Shown: positions 12,615-24,707, counted from the first letter of the whole stretch. The stretch is 62,865 nt of DNA, filler included, from Bigelowiella natans CCMP2755 (GCA_000320545.1; 9 parts of 9 records of this genome joined end to end with filler, not necessarily neighbours in it); one strand, 5' to 3'. A program made the numbers and translations. The notes: generated by a model from the letters alone, not told the origin.

Positions 12615-13940
12615 TCATTCACACTTTGCAATCGATCACCATGCCGTTCCATGTTTCTAGCCATTGATGTCACTCCGCGATGGGCACCTAAAAGTTCTTG
12701 TTGGACGAAAAACTTCGCAAATTTGCGTGCAGCGACGAGCAGTGTGCAAACAACAGCAGCGGTGCAGGCGCTCGTCATCACAAATCATGCAACAATGAGT
12801 TCACACGCCTGTGTGTGCCCGGCTTCTGTGCCCAAACGAAGCGAGCAGCGGCAACCAATCCACAAGGTTTCCACGTCACCATTGAATCATTTGGAGCTTT
12901 GTCACACTCCAGCAATGACGTGTCGGAGTCGTTTTCATTCCTCTGTGCACGCGTGGATGTGCACGACATCAGATCTCTTGATGTGCACAGCTCCACAACA
13001 GCTGGCCTTCAATTGAGCACGATGCGTTTGTGCACATGGCGTCCGTCCGACGTGCACTGCGACACTGCCATGAATGACTAGCTGATCGGTGTCACTTGTT
13101 CATCGTGTGTCATTGGCGTTTCGTTTCCATCACGATGCATCGTTGCGTTTGTCATTTCCACTTGACAACAACAACTTGTGCCAGTGGTGCTAGTGCCACT
13201 TTTCTGATGAACACACAATGAACAATGAACAATGAAGAAAGCGTTGATCAAAACTACATGCGCCAGAACCACATGGGAGACAGGCATTTGCACGCAGCAG
13301 AGCCTCAACAACACTCGTTGCAAGGACTTGTCAGCACCCTGTTGGTGAGAGACACAAAAAATCAGCCGCATCCCATGAAATTGGCATGGATGCCGATTGA
13401 TGGTGCCGTTGAGATGTGAATTGATTGGAACTAAAGCTGGCATCTTGGATGCCGAACAGCAGCAAAATTGTCAAGCAGGACAATGGTTCGACGGAAAGCC
13501 CTGTCGATTTCTTTGTCAGTCGAAGGGACACCAGATGTGGCCCCCAAAGCAAGGCAGAACTTGTCATGGGAAGACATGGCTGAGAAAGCACGCAACGTGA
13601 CCACGTCATCATTGGCATCAGGTTGATGACGAGACACCAGGTGACGAATCCTGGTCAAAAAACGGTCTCTGATGTCGCACGTTCCTTGGCAGGAGAACAA
13701 AAGGTGCATCAGGGACACGTCTTCGTGAGAATCGCACAAGGAGCACCAGCCCTCATGCTGCTCCAGTGCGAAGAATCTGGCAGTGTTGTGACGCCACCAC
13801 AAGGCTCCACAACGAGCTTGGAATTTGAGGGACACACCACGGGCATCGTTCCATTCATCGAGGTCACACACCTTTGTGTGAGAAATGCTGCAATGCCCCC
13901 AAAGGGACTTCGTCCTCTGTCGCTAGTCAGACGAGCCGAT
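12615..13940. mobile_element. Degenerate retroelement-containing block, extremely TpA-depleted
   Basis: Only 7 TA dinucleotides in about 1.33 kb, all CTA. Contains a LINE-like zinc-knuckle ORF on the minus strand. Confidence 0.75.
13431..13871 (-). pseudogene. C-terminal fragment of a non-LTR (LINE-like) ORF2 with CCHC zinc knuckle
   Basis: LKFQARCGALW...CSLCDSHEDVSLMHLLFSC...IRDRF matches the C-x2-C-x8/9-H-x4-C motif found downstream of LINE RT domains. No introns, no RT core in window, and no Tyr in 146 aa. Confidence 0.7.
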
Positions 13941-14102
13941 GGTAAGAGTGAGGGAATAGGCTAGCTAGAGACGATCATTTTCTTTGTCGCAGGGACAAAT
14001 TCCCACATATTTACCCAACATTTACCGAACAAATCCGATTTGAAAATTCCACATTTCTTGTGTCATCAACGAAATCCTTGTCGCACCGGCTGAGCAGAAA
14101 CC

Positions 14103-15011
14103 ATGGAACCCGGATGCTGCGCATCTGCTCGTAGCGCAAACTCCCGCATTCCAGCGTTAGCTACGGCTTTCGCCTTGTTATTTCTCGGAACAACGGTTCG
14201 ACAGCACACTGGTGTTTGCTCAGTGGTCGCGCTATCTGAGAGAAGGGTGTTGCAGAGAGCCATAAGGATCCGGCCGACGGCGTCCATTCGATGCTGCCTG
14301 AGACGACCGAGGCGTGTGCCATTTAGTAGTCACCATCGAATGGTGGCCAGAAAATCATTGATGTCCCGCTTTTCGAGGTACTAGCAACAAGTCTCACAAA
14401 AGATTTTCTACGAAGACAGTAAATCATAGACATTTTTATCATCTTCATTTTCAGCGTGCAGACCCGCCTAGGCAGCATTATAATCCCGACCCGTTGCGCG
14501 CTTTCGAGGTTACGAGGAGGACAAGGGGCGATATGCGAAGGTAGCAAAGGGTACAGAAGAGAGAAACTTCTTCAAGAAGCGAAAGACATGCTCTTACAAG
14601 AAATGGGGAATCTCAACGACGATGAATGGGTATTGAATAGGATCTGTTGTTTTTTTGCATACTCGCACCTTCTTTTTCACGCACACGCACACGCACGCAC
14701 ACACACACACACAAAAACTGGGTATATACCCACAGAATCGAACCAACGCAATGCTCGAGTTGATGGCCAAGTCCGGTGATCTCGAGCTTCTGCAACAGAT
14801 GGAACAGCAGCTGAGTGCCGATAACGCTACTTCTGGTGCTACCGCCCAGGAGCTCTACAACAAAGATTGGGGAGGCTCCTCCTCGTGGATCCCTGATTTT
14901 CTCTCAGATTTTGACAACAACACCAAGGAGGCCGTTCTGGCCTCGCGCAATGCGGCAAAAAAGGCTCTCGGCGAAAGAATGTTGCGAGAAACCCCCTGGA
15001 TTTCAAATAGG
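14103..15011 (+). CDS. Hypothetical protein with signal peptide and Arg-rich transit-like leader ending in RLRGG; 3' end runs into gap
   Basis: Exons approx. 14103-14377, 14455-14629, 14736-15010 with GT-AG boundaries. Hydrophobic ALATAFALLFLG, then an R-rich stretch, then SRLRGG at 14504-14521. Confidence 0.6.
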
Positions 15012-15133
15012 TACCAAGCAGATCGTGCAGTCACAAAATGTTCGGAATAATATCCGCAGGAACGGGAGAGGGGGGGAGGGGGGTAATAGAGAGAGAGAAA
15101 GGGAGAGAGAGGAGGGGGGAGGGGGGGGGGTAC

Positions 15134-15233
15134 NNNNNNNNNNNNNNNNNNNNNNNNNNNNNNNNNNNNNNNNNNNNTTAATTAATTAANNNNNNNNNNN
15201 NNNNNNNNNNNNNNNNNNNNNNNNNNNNNNNNN
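15134..15233. other. Artificial assembly gap linker N44-TTAATTAATTAA-N44 (same at 19469-19568, 23963-24062, 44308-44407, 52162-52261, 55496-55595, 57113-57212, 61345-61444)
   Basis: Identical 100-bp spacer with a six-frame stop core, usually abutting microsatellites or homopolymers. Confidence 0.97.
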
Positions 15234-15384
15234 TTATCGTACGGGTTTCATGGAACGGGTTTCATCGTACGCATAGGTACCGAATTATCACGCACTACTT
15301 TTCAAATGCAAAAGAGTGTGCGTTGTGTGTGTGTTTCTGTGTGTGTGCGTGTTTGCGCTGTGTTTGACAACGCCAGGAAGTGCG

Positions 15385-15805
15385 GCATGTGTTACCGCTT
15401 CTCGGCGTATTCGAGCGCACTCGCTGCCTTCTGGAGCTCTTCCTTAATCTCCCTCTCTTCTTTCGGGTCGGTTGACTATCACGACAACAAGCAAAGAAAA
15501 GCCAAAATGAAAATCCCTGGTTTGATTTCGCGTGTGGGCGAGAGATGCGATGACGCGATAATCTATCTTTCGGGGCCACGCTTCCAAGCAACGACAAAGA
15601 CTCTGAACGTCCAAGGAAATTCGAAATCGCACATGGAAGTTACCTGCTCGGCACTGTGCATGAGTCTTCGTTTCTTCGCCTTCAGCTCGGGGAGAGAGTT
15701 TGCGTATTCAACCTTCACACCGCAACAACAACGAACAATAATTGCGACAGCCGCATACACGCGTACACGCAAGGAACACACTCCCGCACATATAAAGAGA
15801 CTATA

Positions 15806-15853
<48 letters not shown>

Positions 15854-16489
15854 GAGAAAGAGAGATAGAGAGATAGAGAGATAGAGAGAGAAAGAGAGAG
15901 AGAGAGAGTTCGTACATGAGAAACAAACAAATCATTCAGAAATAGCATATCAGTGAGCAATACGATGCACGTGTTTCGCGTAAGGTCAAACCTCCTCCAT
16001 CCCCCTTCCAACAGCCGCCTTAAGCACCCCCAGCATAAACGACACACGCTGCTCGCTTCGGCCGCCATCGTTCTGACCGGCATTGGTGGCTCCCTGCGAA
16101 TGATCGGTGACGGAGATGAGAATGCGCAAACCAGCAGGCCGGGAGCAAAAGAATAGCACCAATGACAAAAAAACAGCACACCGAAAGAGAAAAACGGGTA
16201 GGACTTGTGATGCTACAAGCTTCGGCATGCTGACTGAAATAAGACTATATAATTCTTTTTCACTCGAAAATGCGTGCGCTTCGATCTGCTTGGCAGAAAC
16301 AGAAACAGTGTTCGTCTGCTGCCGCTGTACCTTGGTCCATTGCCTTATGATTTGGGTCAGGTGCAACGACTCATGCTTTTGGATCAGCGCCAACACGTCG
16401 CGGCACTTGCGCAATATGGAGCTCTTTTCGCGCTCAAACTCTCTGTAATATTTACAGACTCAGACAAATAAAATAACATTATCATCATC

Positions 16490-16566
<77 letters not shown>

Positions 16567-17372
16567 AATATATATAAATAAATATATATATATATATATA
16601 TATAATATCACTAAATATATTGCTGTTGCAGCGCATTATAGGTCGATAGAGTCGTTTCCATCAGATCATCCCACTTTCCTCATTCTATAGATCATCATCC
16701 GAGGTTTATCGTCGAGAAATTTTGATAATACATCTGCCGCCAATCAGCGAAATATCCACCCCCCCCCCTCCCCCCTCCCCCCCTCCCTCTGTTTCTCCAA
16801 GGAATTAAAGAAACTTTTCATGTTTATTGGCCACGAGTGTAGTGACCCTCCAAATCGATGCATATCCAAGCCCGGCGGTGCTGGTGCTGTTTGCCGTCGC
16901 TCATCAATTCTTCCAAGCCAGGTTACCTTAAGACCGACCGACAAAAAAACACCGAAGGGAGTGGTGAGAAGACAGGATAATTGAACCGAAAGCTGTAGTA
17001 GAACAGAGCAATTTACTATATTATAACTCAAACTCTTTTATTCGAAATCAAAACCCGTCGGCTGTGCCCCCAAATGTGTGCTATGGGGGGGGGTGGGGGG
17101 AATTGCGGACCTTGTCAAAACTCAGCATCCTAAGGTTAAAACTCACGACTCGGCGTTTGGTGGAGATGCTCGTTTCGCGACCCATCTCAGGTGGGTGGAC
17201 AAGACTTGTGAGCAAATGCACGGAACTCTTCTCCAACCCACCGATCTGTGAACACAAACCAACAATTGCCTCTCAGGACTTGCTTTTTCCTATATGCGAA
17301 GATTGATCTCAGTAGCCTTTGCTACTCCTGCTACCAGAACTAGGAAGGTGAAACTCACGGAGACGACGATTC

Positions 17373-17423
<51 letters not shown>

Positions 17424-18465
17424 GAGATGTAGAGAACCACACGCCGCAATCGACCTTTGAGCATTTAGAAATGATTGGAAGCAGGGCTCTTAGTGAGGCG
17501 AACATCTTTTCCTCCGCGCGTTCGTCGGCACTGCTCGGTGCGGAAGACCTGTGTTCGAAAAAAACCAGGTAAAAACCTTCAAAACCACCGATCTGAACGA
17601 TACTACCGCCAAAAAGCAGAAACGCCCCAAATCAAAAGCATTCCCCGACATTCTCTCGGCCTTCCCCACACCACGCACTATTTTCACGTGGGCCAGCGCC
17701 GAGCGACTAACCCACCCCACGCTCTCTCCCTTCCCCCGTTCCGAAACCAAAGAGGGCTGAGCCAACCGACCTCGGGCGCGCTCCTTTGCTTGGGGGGAGA
17801 GATATGTGCGGGATTTCATCCTCCCCTACCCCGCCTCCTCCTCCCCCGCCGCCTTCTCCCCCGTCCTGCGAGGGGTCCCCCCGAGTCCTCGCCTTCATTC
17901 GCTGGCGCTGTTCGTCGGCCTTGAGGTACTGGATCAAGACCAGCAGCGAGATCTGGATCAATCGCGTCACCGAAACCCCGACCGAGTCCTTGGAAAGCTG
18001 CACGTCGTGCGCTTCTTCCGGGGCGGAGTTGCCGCCGCCGCTGCTGTTTGTCGCGGAGGACGAACTGCTTGCACTCGCATTGATTCCGGCAGGTTTCCTC
18101 GCTCGCATTCGCCTCCTCCCCGCAGCGCCTACCCGAGCCCCGTCCTCGCCCTCCAGGGACTGTCCAGGGTAGAAAACCCCCTCGCCGGCATCGTTCTCCA
18201 TTTCCCATTGCTCGAGCTCATGCCGCTCCCTCCCAACGCGCTGCAGATCGTTTCGGTAGTAGTACTTCGCGGGGGGGTGGCGATGGTGGCTGGGGTGGGG
18301 GGGGAAAGATGGCAGGTTCCCTCCTGACCAAGGTGATGAAGCCGAATCGTACGGGGTTCTTTTTGAGATCTGGGCCTTTTCTCGCAGACTATCAGCTAGC
18401 TCCTGACGCCAGTCAGAGGCCTGTTCTTCTGGGTCTTTCGCCGCCGCGGAGTCTTCCTCACTACG
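15385..18465 (-). CDS. Hypothetical multi-exon protein (start and stop not resolved)
   Basis: Coding-like minus-strand segments separated by microsatellite introns: SEEDSAAAKDPEEQASDWRQELADSLREKAQ, YYYRNDLQRVGRERHELEQWE, ERAEEKMFASLRALLPIISK, RKCRDVLALIQKHESLHLTQIIRQW, DPKEEREIKEELQKAASALEYAEK. Confidence 0.5.
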
Positions 18466-19044
18466 AATGCCATGGATAATGGAGACCCAAATGCACCCAC
18501 CCACACACACACACACAAGCAAACACAAATGCACCCACCCAACCACGCACACACACACACAAACAAACACAGCTTGAGTTAGTTGTTGCGTCCGACACTA
18601 AGTTCAGGAAATGTAGACGGCGATTCGAAATGGCCCGAGATCTCTATTCTGACGGGCGTTGGCGGCGCTTTTAAGGGAAAGAACATCGCTGCTCGCAATC
18701 CTTATGTGGTTGTGTTTTTTTCTTCTTTTGGATACGAAATCTATGCGTTGCAAAACAGGTTTCTCTACAATCAATTCAATCGACGTAACATAGCAATTTC
18801 TCGCGCCGACGGCGCTTATGATGAACGGTGTGATTTCGTGAAACACTCACGCGTACGAGTAGGAGACGTTTACTGGAGAAGAGAGATCGAGAATCGGCTT
18901 TAACTGCCAGTTGAAAATACTCTGTAGGCACAGAGAGAGCTCGCTGATTAGCTCTTTCGCGTGGAATTCCGTCATCGTCTCCAGGCGCCTTGGCTTCGAA
19001 TTCTTCCGCTAATTATAAGGCGCAATTTAAACTAAGTTCAAAAC

Positions 19045-19141
19045 ATGCTACGGGTCACTTCGCTCTCGGAGACCGGTGCTGACTGCGTAGTGGCTATGTT
19101 TGGAAAATCAAACAGAACGCCCTCACTCTCGCGCGTTCTCG

Positions 19142-19180
<39 letters not shown>

Positions 19181-19378
19181 TCTCTCACACACACTCACAC
19201 ACACAAACACACAGGAGAGCATGTTATCTGCCTAACGCGCTCCTCCTTCCCCACCTCTCTTCGGTCGCGATGGAACTGCCACCACCCGATACCAGGCGGC
19301 TCCCCCGGCACTGCCCGGCTGGCCATTCCAGCGGAAATCGGACACAGCGCGTACACTAGCAACATGCCTGCGGTGGAG

Positions 19379-19447
<69 letters not shown>

Positions 19448-20272
19448 CGCGCGCGCGCGCGAGCGCGTNNNNNNNNNNNNNNNNNNNNNNNNNNNNNNNN
19501 NNNNNNNNNNNNTTAATTAATTAANNNNNNNNNNNNNNNNNNNNNNNNNNNNNNNNNNNNNNNNNNNNGGGGGGGGGGGGGGGGGAAAAAACCCCCCCCC
19601 CCCCCCCCCCCCCATACACATGCACATGCACACATTCGCATTGTTCTCACATTGCTGTCTATTCGTTGCTTGTGCTAAATTTCCAACTTCGTTCCTCACC
19701 ATCCCCCCTCCTCTGCCCTCCCCTCCCCTCCTGCCTGCTGCTGCTGCTGCTCTTCCTCCTCCTCCTCCTCCTCCTCCTCCTCCTCTTCCTCCTCCTCTGC
19801 ATGATAGGCTGAGCTCCCTTCCCGACGACATGTGGCGCCTCGCCTGCTTGAACACCCTGAATCTACAGGACAACCGCATCGCGGCGTTCCCATCGGTCGT
19901 CACGAGAATTGCGACTCTGCAGGATCTCAACCTGGACGGAAACAGACTGGTGTCTCTCCCGGGTGAGATCTCAATGCTGTCGCAGCTGCAAGAGCTCGAT
20001 CTAAGCCAGAACCGCCTCGTCTCTCTCCCGGACGCCATCGGCCACCTTCCGAATCTGCAGACCCTCCTCCTCGTTAATAACCGCCTGGTCTCACTGCCGT
20101 CGTCGCTCGAGCATTTGGAGGTATACTTATGGTGGCGCTGAGCTTTGCTTGCATGCACCTTGCCCTCCTTCAAATTTAGAAGTCTTTTGAATGGAGAATG
20201 CAGCGGCGGCTGCTGTGCTTTCATGTATGCAACAGTGTCGTCTTCGTCGTCGTTATCGTCATCATCATCATC

Positions 20273-20304
<32 letters not shown>

Positions 20305-21292
20305 CACCATCATCATCACCATCATCATCATCATCACCATCATCATCATCATTCCCATCATCGTCGCCTTCCTCAGTCGCTCGATACGATGGACGCCTCC
20401 TCCAACAGGATCACGGCAGTGCCAGCCTCGCTCGGGAGACTGCGCCTTCTCGCCTCGCTGGAGCTGCAGGAAAACCGCCTCGTGTCGCTCCCCGACGAGA
20501 TCGGCGATCTCAGGTCTATCCGCACCTTGAACGTGGAGAAGAACAAACTGCGCTCACTACCGGACACAATCCGGCGGCTAGGAGCTACTCTGGACGACCT
20601 CACCGTCAATGAGAACCGGCTCGTCTCGCTTCCGAGCGAGATGGGACTTGGGAAGCTGACGATGCTCGAGTGCAACGACAACCAGCTGCAGTCGCTGCCC
20701 GACTCCATTGCTAGGATGACCTCGCTTCAGTAAGAGCCCGCCCACGCAACGAATATTGGCTGAGGAAGAAGGGAGGGGGGGGGAGGGGTGTTTTAATTTT
20801 TTTTTAATTTTTCCCTTTGAATATCTCTGCAGATGTTGGGACTTTTCCCCATTTCCCCACCCCCTCGTTGAGCTGGGAGTCGTCATCATCGCTGACATCG
20901 TTCCGGTCGGTGCCGTGACGCTGATGAACGTGTGTGGTGCTTGTTGCAGGTACCTCGAAGCAGGCGGCAATCGCCTGACCAGCCTCCCCGAGGCGCTGTT
21001 TGGCCTCCGAAAGATAACGGAGCTGAAGCTCGATAAGAACCGTCTAGAGTCTCTCCCCTCGTCAATTGGCCATATGCGTGTGCTGGAAAAGCTCTTCCTC
21101 TCCAGAAATCGGCTCGCCTCTCTACCGAACACGATGGGTAAGTTGGGGGCGCTCACAGCCCTTAGCATTCATCGAAACCGACTCTCGAGCCTCCCAACAA
21201 GCATCACCAGGCTGAAGGGACAGCTGGAGGAGTTTGAGGTGGAAAAGAAGCTCCTCCCCCCCGGGATGAAGTCGACATTGGACAGTGATGAT

Positions 21293-21324
<32 letters not shown>

Positions 21325-21637
21325 GGAGGAGGAGGAAGACAATGACGGTGATGACTACGACGACGATTACGATGATGACGATGATGATGACGATGATGAT
21401 GACGATGATGAGGAGGAGGATGAGGAGGAGGATGAGGAGGAGGATGACGATGATGACGACATCAAAGAAAACGAGGACAACGGTAATGAGAAAGATGGCG
21501 ACGATGACGATATTTGGACTGATAGCGACGGCAATAATGATAACGACGTGGTGATGACCAAGCCATCGGAGGCTGATGGTGATTCTTCAAGCGATTGGAG
21601 TATTGATGTTGATGACCAAATCAACAATCCCACATAA
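19045..21637 (+). CDS. Leucine-rich repeat protein (SHOC2/PIRL-type LRRs) with long Asp/Glu-rich C-terminal tail
   Basis: Many LxxLxLxxNxLxxLPxxI units in exons approx. 19809-20120, 20378-20730, 20951-21637. Acidic tail encoded by (GAG)n/(GAT/GAC)n. The start codon is tentative and lies upstream of a gap. Confidence 0.85.
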
Positions 21638-22709
21638 AAAAAAGCAAGGACTATACGATTCTGTGTTGGCTCGGTCTCTCCCCTTCTTATTTATATGATT
21701 GTTTAGTAAATTCTTCTATACTTCATACATCCACGAAGCATGCCATACATGTCTCCATAATGCTGGGTACACCATGATAAACATGAAATAATTTTTATGT
21801 TCGATCATAATGTGATTAGCTCATGCACATTACTAGATCACGCACGTCTAGCACGTGTCGCGCATGTGACATATGTGAAATTCATTGCACTACTCGTGCG
21901 CAAATGCTGTCCGATCTAGCGAACGCGTGTACATGATGACCCTAGCTAGCTAGCTAGATGGCCTCGACCACTCGCTAGCTTTTGTATTGCAAACATATGT
22001 GTTGCACACACATACACACACATACACACACGCACACACACACACACACACACATGCACATACGCACACGCACAGCCACACATCATCTAGATCATATTAG
22101 CTACGCTAGTACGACTCGCACATTGCACACATCATGAGCACAAACAGACACAGCACACACAACACACATACACACACACACATATGCATATGCACACATA
22201 CTAGACATATACACATAGATATGTGCTCTCAAGCTTGGTTGCATCTAGCAAACACACCTCAATTGCATGTTACGCTCGTACGCAAGAAGCAAAACAGGCA
22301 TTATGATTGATATGCGCGAAAGCCTGCGCTTAGCTTTGCATAATAATCCGCTACAAGGAGCTGCGTTATAAAAGTATAGACGACGACGATACATAGCGAG
22401 TAATCACACAATTCACAAGGCTACTTACTGTGTTATATTCCACAACTTGTATACTTGTCTAATATTCTCTCACAGGCATGGCGGCAAGGATCTTCCTCAG
22501 CTTGATAGCCTTACTAGCTTATATGATTGCAGTCGAAAGTCGATGATGAAAATATTTCGCTTAATCGATCATATCAGAGACCTAACGCTGTTCTCCATTC
22601 ATAGTGACAGCTAGCCTCTGATTGGTTGCCTCTGTACGGACTCAAAACGAGCGCTTTTCCCAACTAATTTATCAAACCACTTGGCTAGTCGATGCTGCTG
22701 CTGCTGCTG

Positions 22710-23395
22710 CTAGCAGGACTGCTCGACGGTTCTCACAATCGCGTCATAATTCTTCCATCGATCCGGAACGTAGAGCTTCTCAAAGGCGAGGGGGAAGGGG
22801 GTGTCATATCCGCAGATGCGTGCAATGGGAGCTTGGAGGTGGAAGAAGCACTTCTCCTGGATCGTCGAGGCGATCTCGGCACCGAAGCCGCCTTGAAGAG
22901 GCGCCTCATGGCTGATGATGCACCGACCGGTCTTCTCTACTGATTTCATCACCAAGTCCTCATCCCACGGGGAGAGGGTTCTGAGATCAACGATCTCGCA
23001 GGAGATGCCGTCCCTCTCCTGCGCTAGCTCGGCAGCTTGCGCCAGAACGTGGATTTGCGCGCCCCAGCCGATAATCGTCACGTCTGTCCCCTCACGGACT
23101 ACCTCGCCCGAGCCAAGCGGTATGCGGTAGTCGCCCTCCTCCACCTGTCACATGTGAAAGTCGCATCGAATGGCAGAGGAAATGAGGAGGTCTGATTCCC
23201 GGCGGCGCGCGGGGGGAAAGTATAGCCATCAAGGACGGAGGTGGTATGAAGGGCTCATCAGCGGACGACGTTCGAGGCGATGTTGAATCGGCCTCCAAAG
23301 AAAAACGCGGGAAAACATATGTGTGTTGTATTTTGTGAATTATTGTGGCAATCACACACGGTGTGCGCGCACAGACACCAACCATAAAACACAAA

Positions 23396-23440
<45 letters not shown>

Positions 23441-24663
23441 TTCTAACTCTTCATGCATCTACCTCCTCCACCGCCGTTCTGTACAGCCACTTGGGTTCCA
23501 GGAAGAGGACAGGGTCCGGCTCGAAGATGCTGGACAAAAGCAAGCCTTTCGCCTGTGCGGGGGATCTCGGCACGACGACCTTCAATCCGGCGGAGTGGCA
23601 AAAAAACGCCTCGGGAGACTGCGAGTGGTAAAGTCCTCCATGACCGACCGCTCCGTAAGGAGTGCGGATCGTGAGCCCTCCGGCATCAAACTCATTTCCG
23701 CTTCTATAGCGGTACTTCGCGGCCTCGTTGACGATTTGGTCGAATGCAGGGTGAATGTAGTCTGCAAATTGTATCTCAGCGACTGGAATGCCTCCCGCTG
23801 CAGCAACGCCAATACCGAATCCTATGATCCCCTGTTCGCACAGAGGCGTGTTGAACACGCGCTCATCCCCGTACTTGTCGTTCAGACCGATGCAACAGCG
23901 GAACACCCCGCCAAACTTTACGTCCTCCCCAAACACGATTACTTCGTCATTCTGAAGAATATNNNNNNNNNNNNNNNNNNNNNNNNNNNNNNNNNNNNNN
24001 NNNNNNTTAATTAATTAANNNNNNNNNNNNNNNNNNNNNNNNNNNNNNNNNNNNNNNNNNNNGGGGGGGGGGGGCCAGGAAAAAGAGATTATGGAAAATA
24101 ACACCAAAATATCGTGTGAGCGAGATGTTGCCGCAGTAGGCGGCCAAGAAAAGGGAGAAGGCTAAGCGTTGAAGGATGGCGAAGGAGGAATACGAAGAGA
24201 GGGGGGGGGGGAGGGGAAGAAGAGGGTTCTACTCACCACGCGCTCCACATCGACACGATGGTGATTAGAGAAGGATGATGGATACGAGAAAGCAGCAGCA
24301 GTGAGCTGCCGTGCTTTTGGTAGCCCTCCCCATTGTGATATAACGACATCTTCCAGAGGAGCGTCCACAGCCGTCTGTACACGATAATAATGATGGGGAT
24401 AACAATGATGGAGGTGGTGATGACGGGTGGTAATGATGACAACGATGATCTTTTTATTATGCTAGGTGCAAGTTAGAATTGTGCTCATTGTTGCGATACC
24501 GTCCTCATCAGCTTCAGATTACGTGCCAACCTAGAGGGTGAGGGAGGGAGAGGGGCAAAGAACAATACAAAAAAGTAAGAGATGGTGAGGATTTAGAAGA
24601 AGGTTCATACAAGGACTATCTGTAAGTCCTTCCAATAACCCAACGCATCTCCACGTCTCCCCC

Positions 24664-24707
<44 letters not shown>

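Noticed and set aside
12615-13940. Classical RIP or CpG-methylation decay as the explanation for the skewed composition
   Set aside because: Those processes deplete CpA/CpG and enrich TpA/TpG. Here TpA is lost while CpA and CpG remain plentiful.
15134-15233. Recurrent TTAATTAATTAA motif between N runs (8 copies), superficially like a repeat array or TTAA transposon target
   Set aside because: Identical 100-bp artificial linker with stops in all six frames. True gap sizes are unknown: the 3' ends of DUF501 and NGDN both vanish into one such gap.
15241-15266. Short direct repeat acgggtttcat x2 next to a gap
   Set aside because: Only two 11-bp copies at a contig edge; not enough evidence of function.
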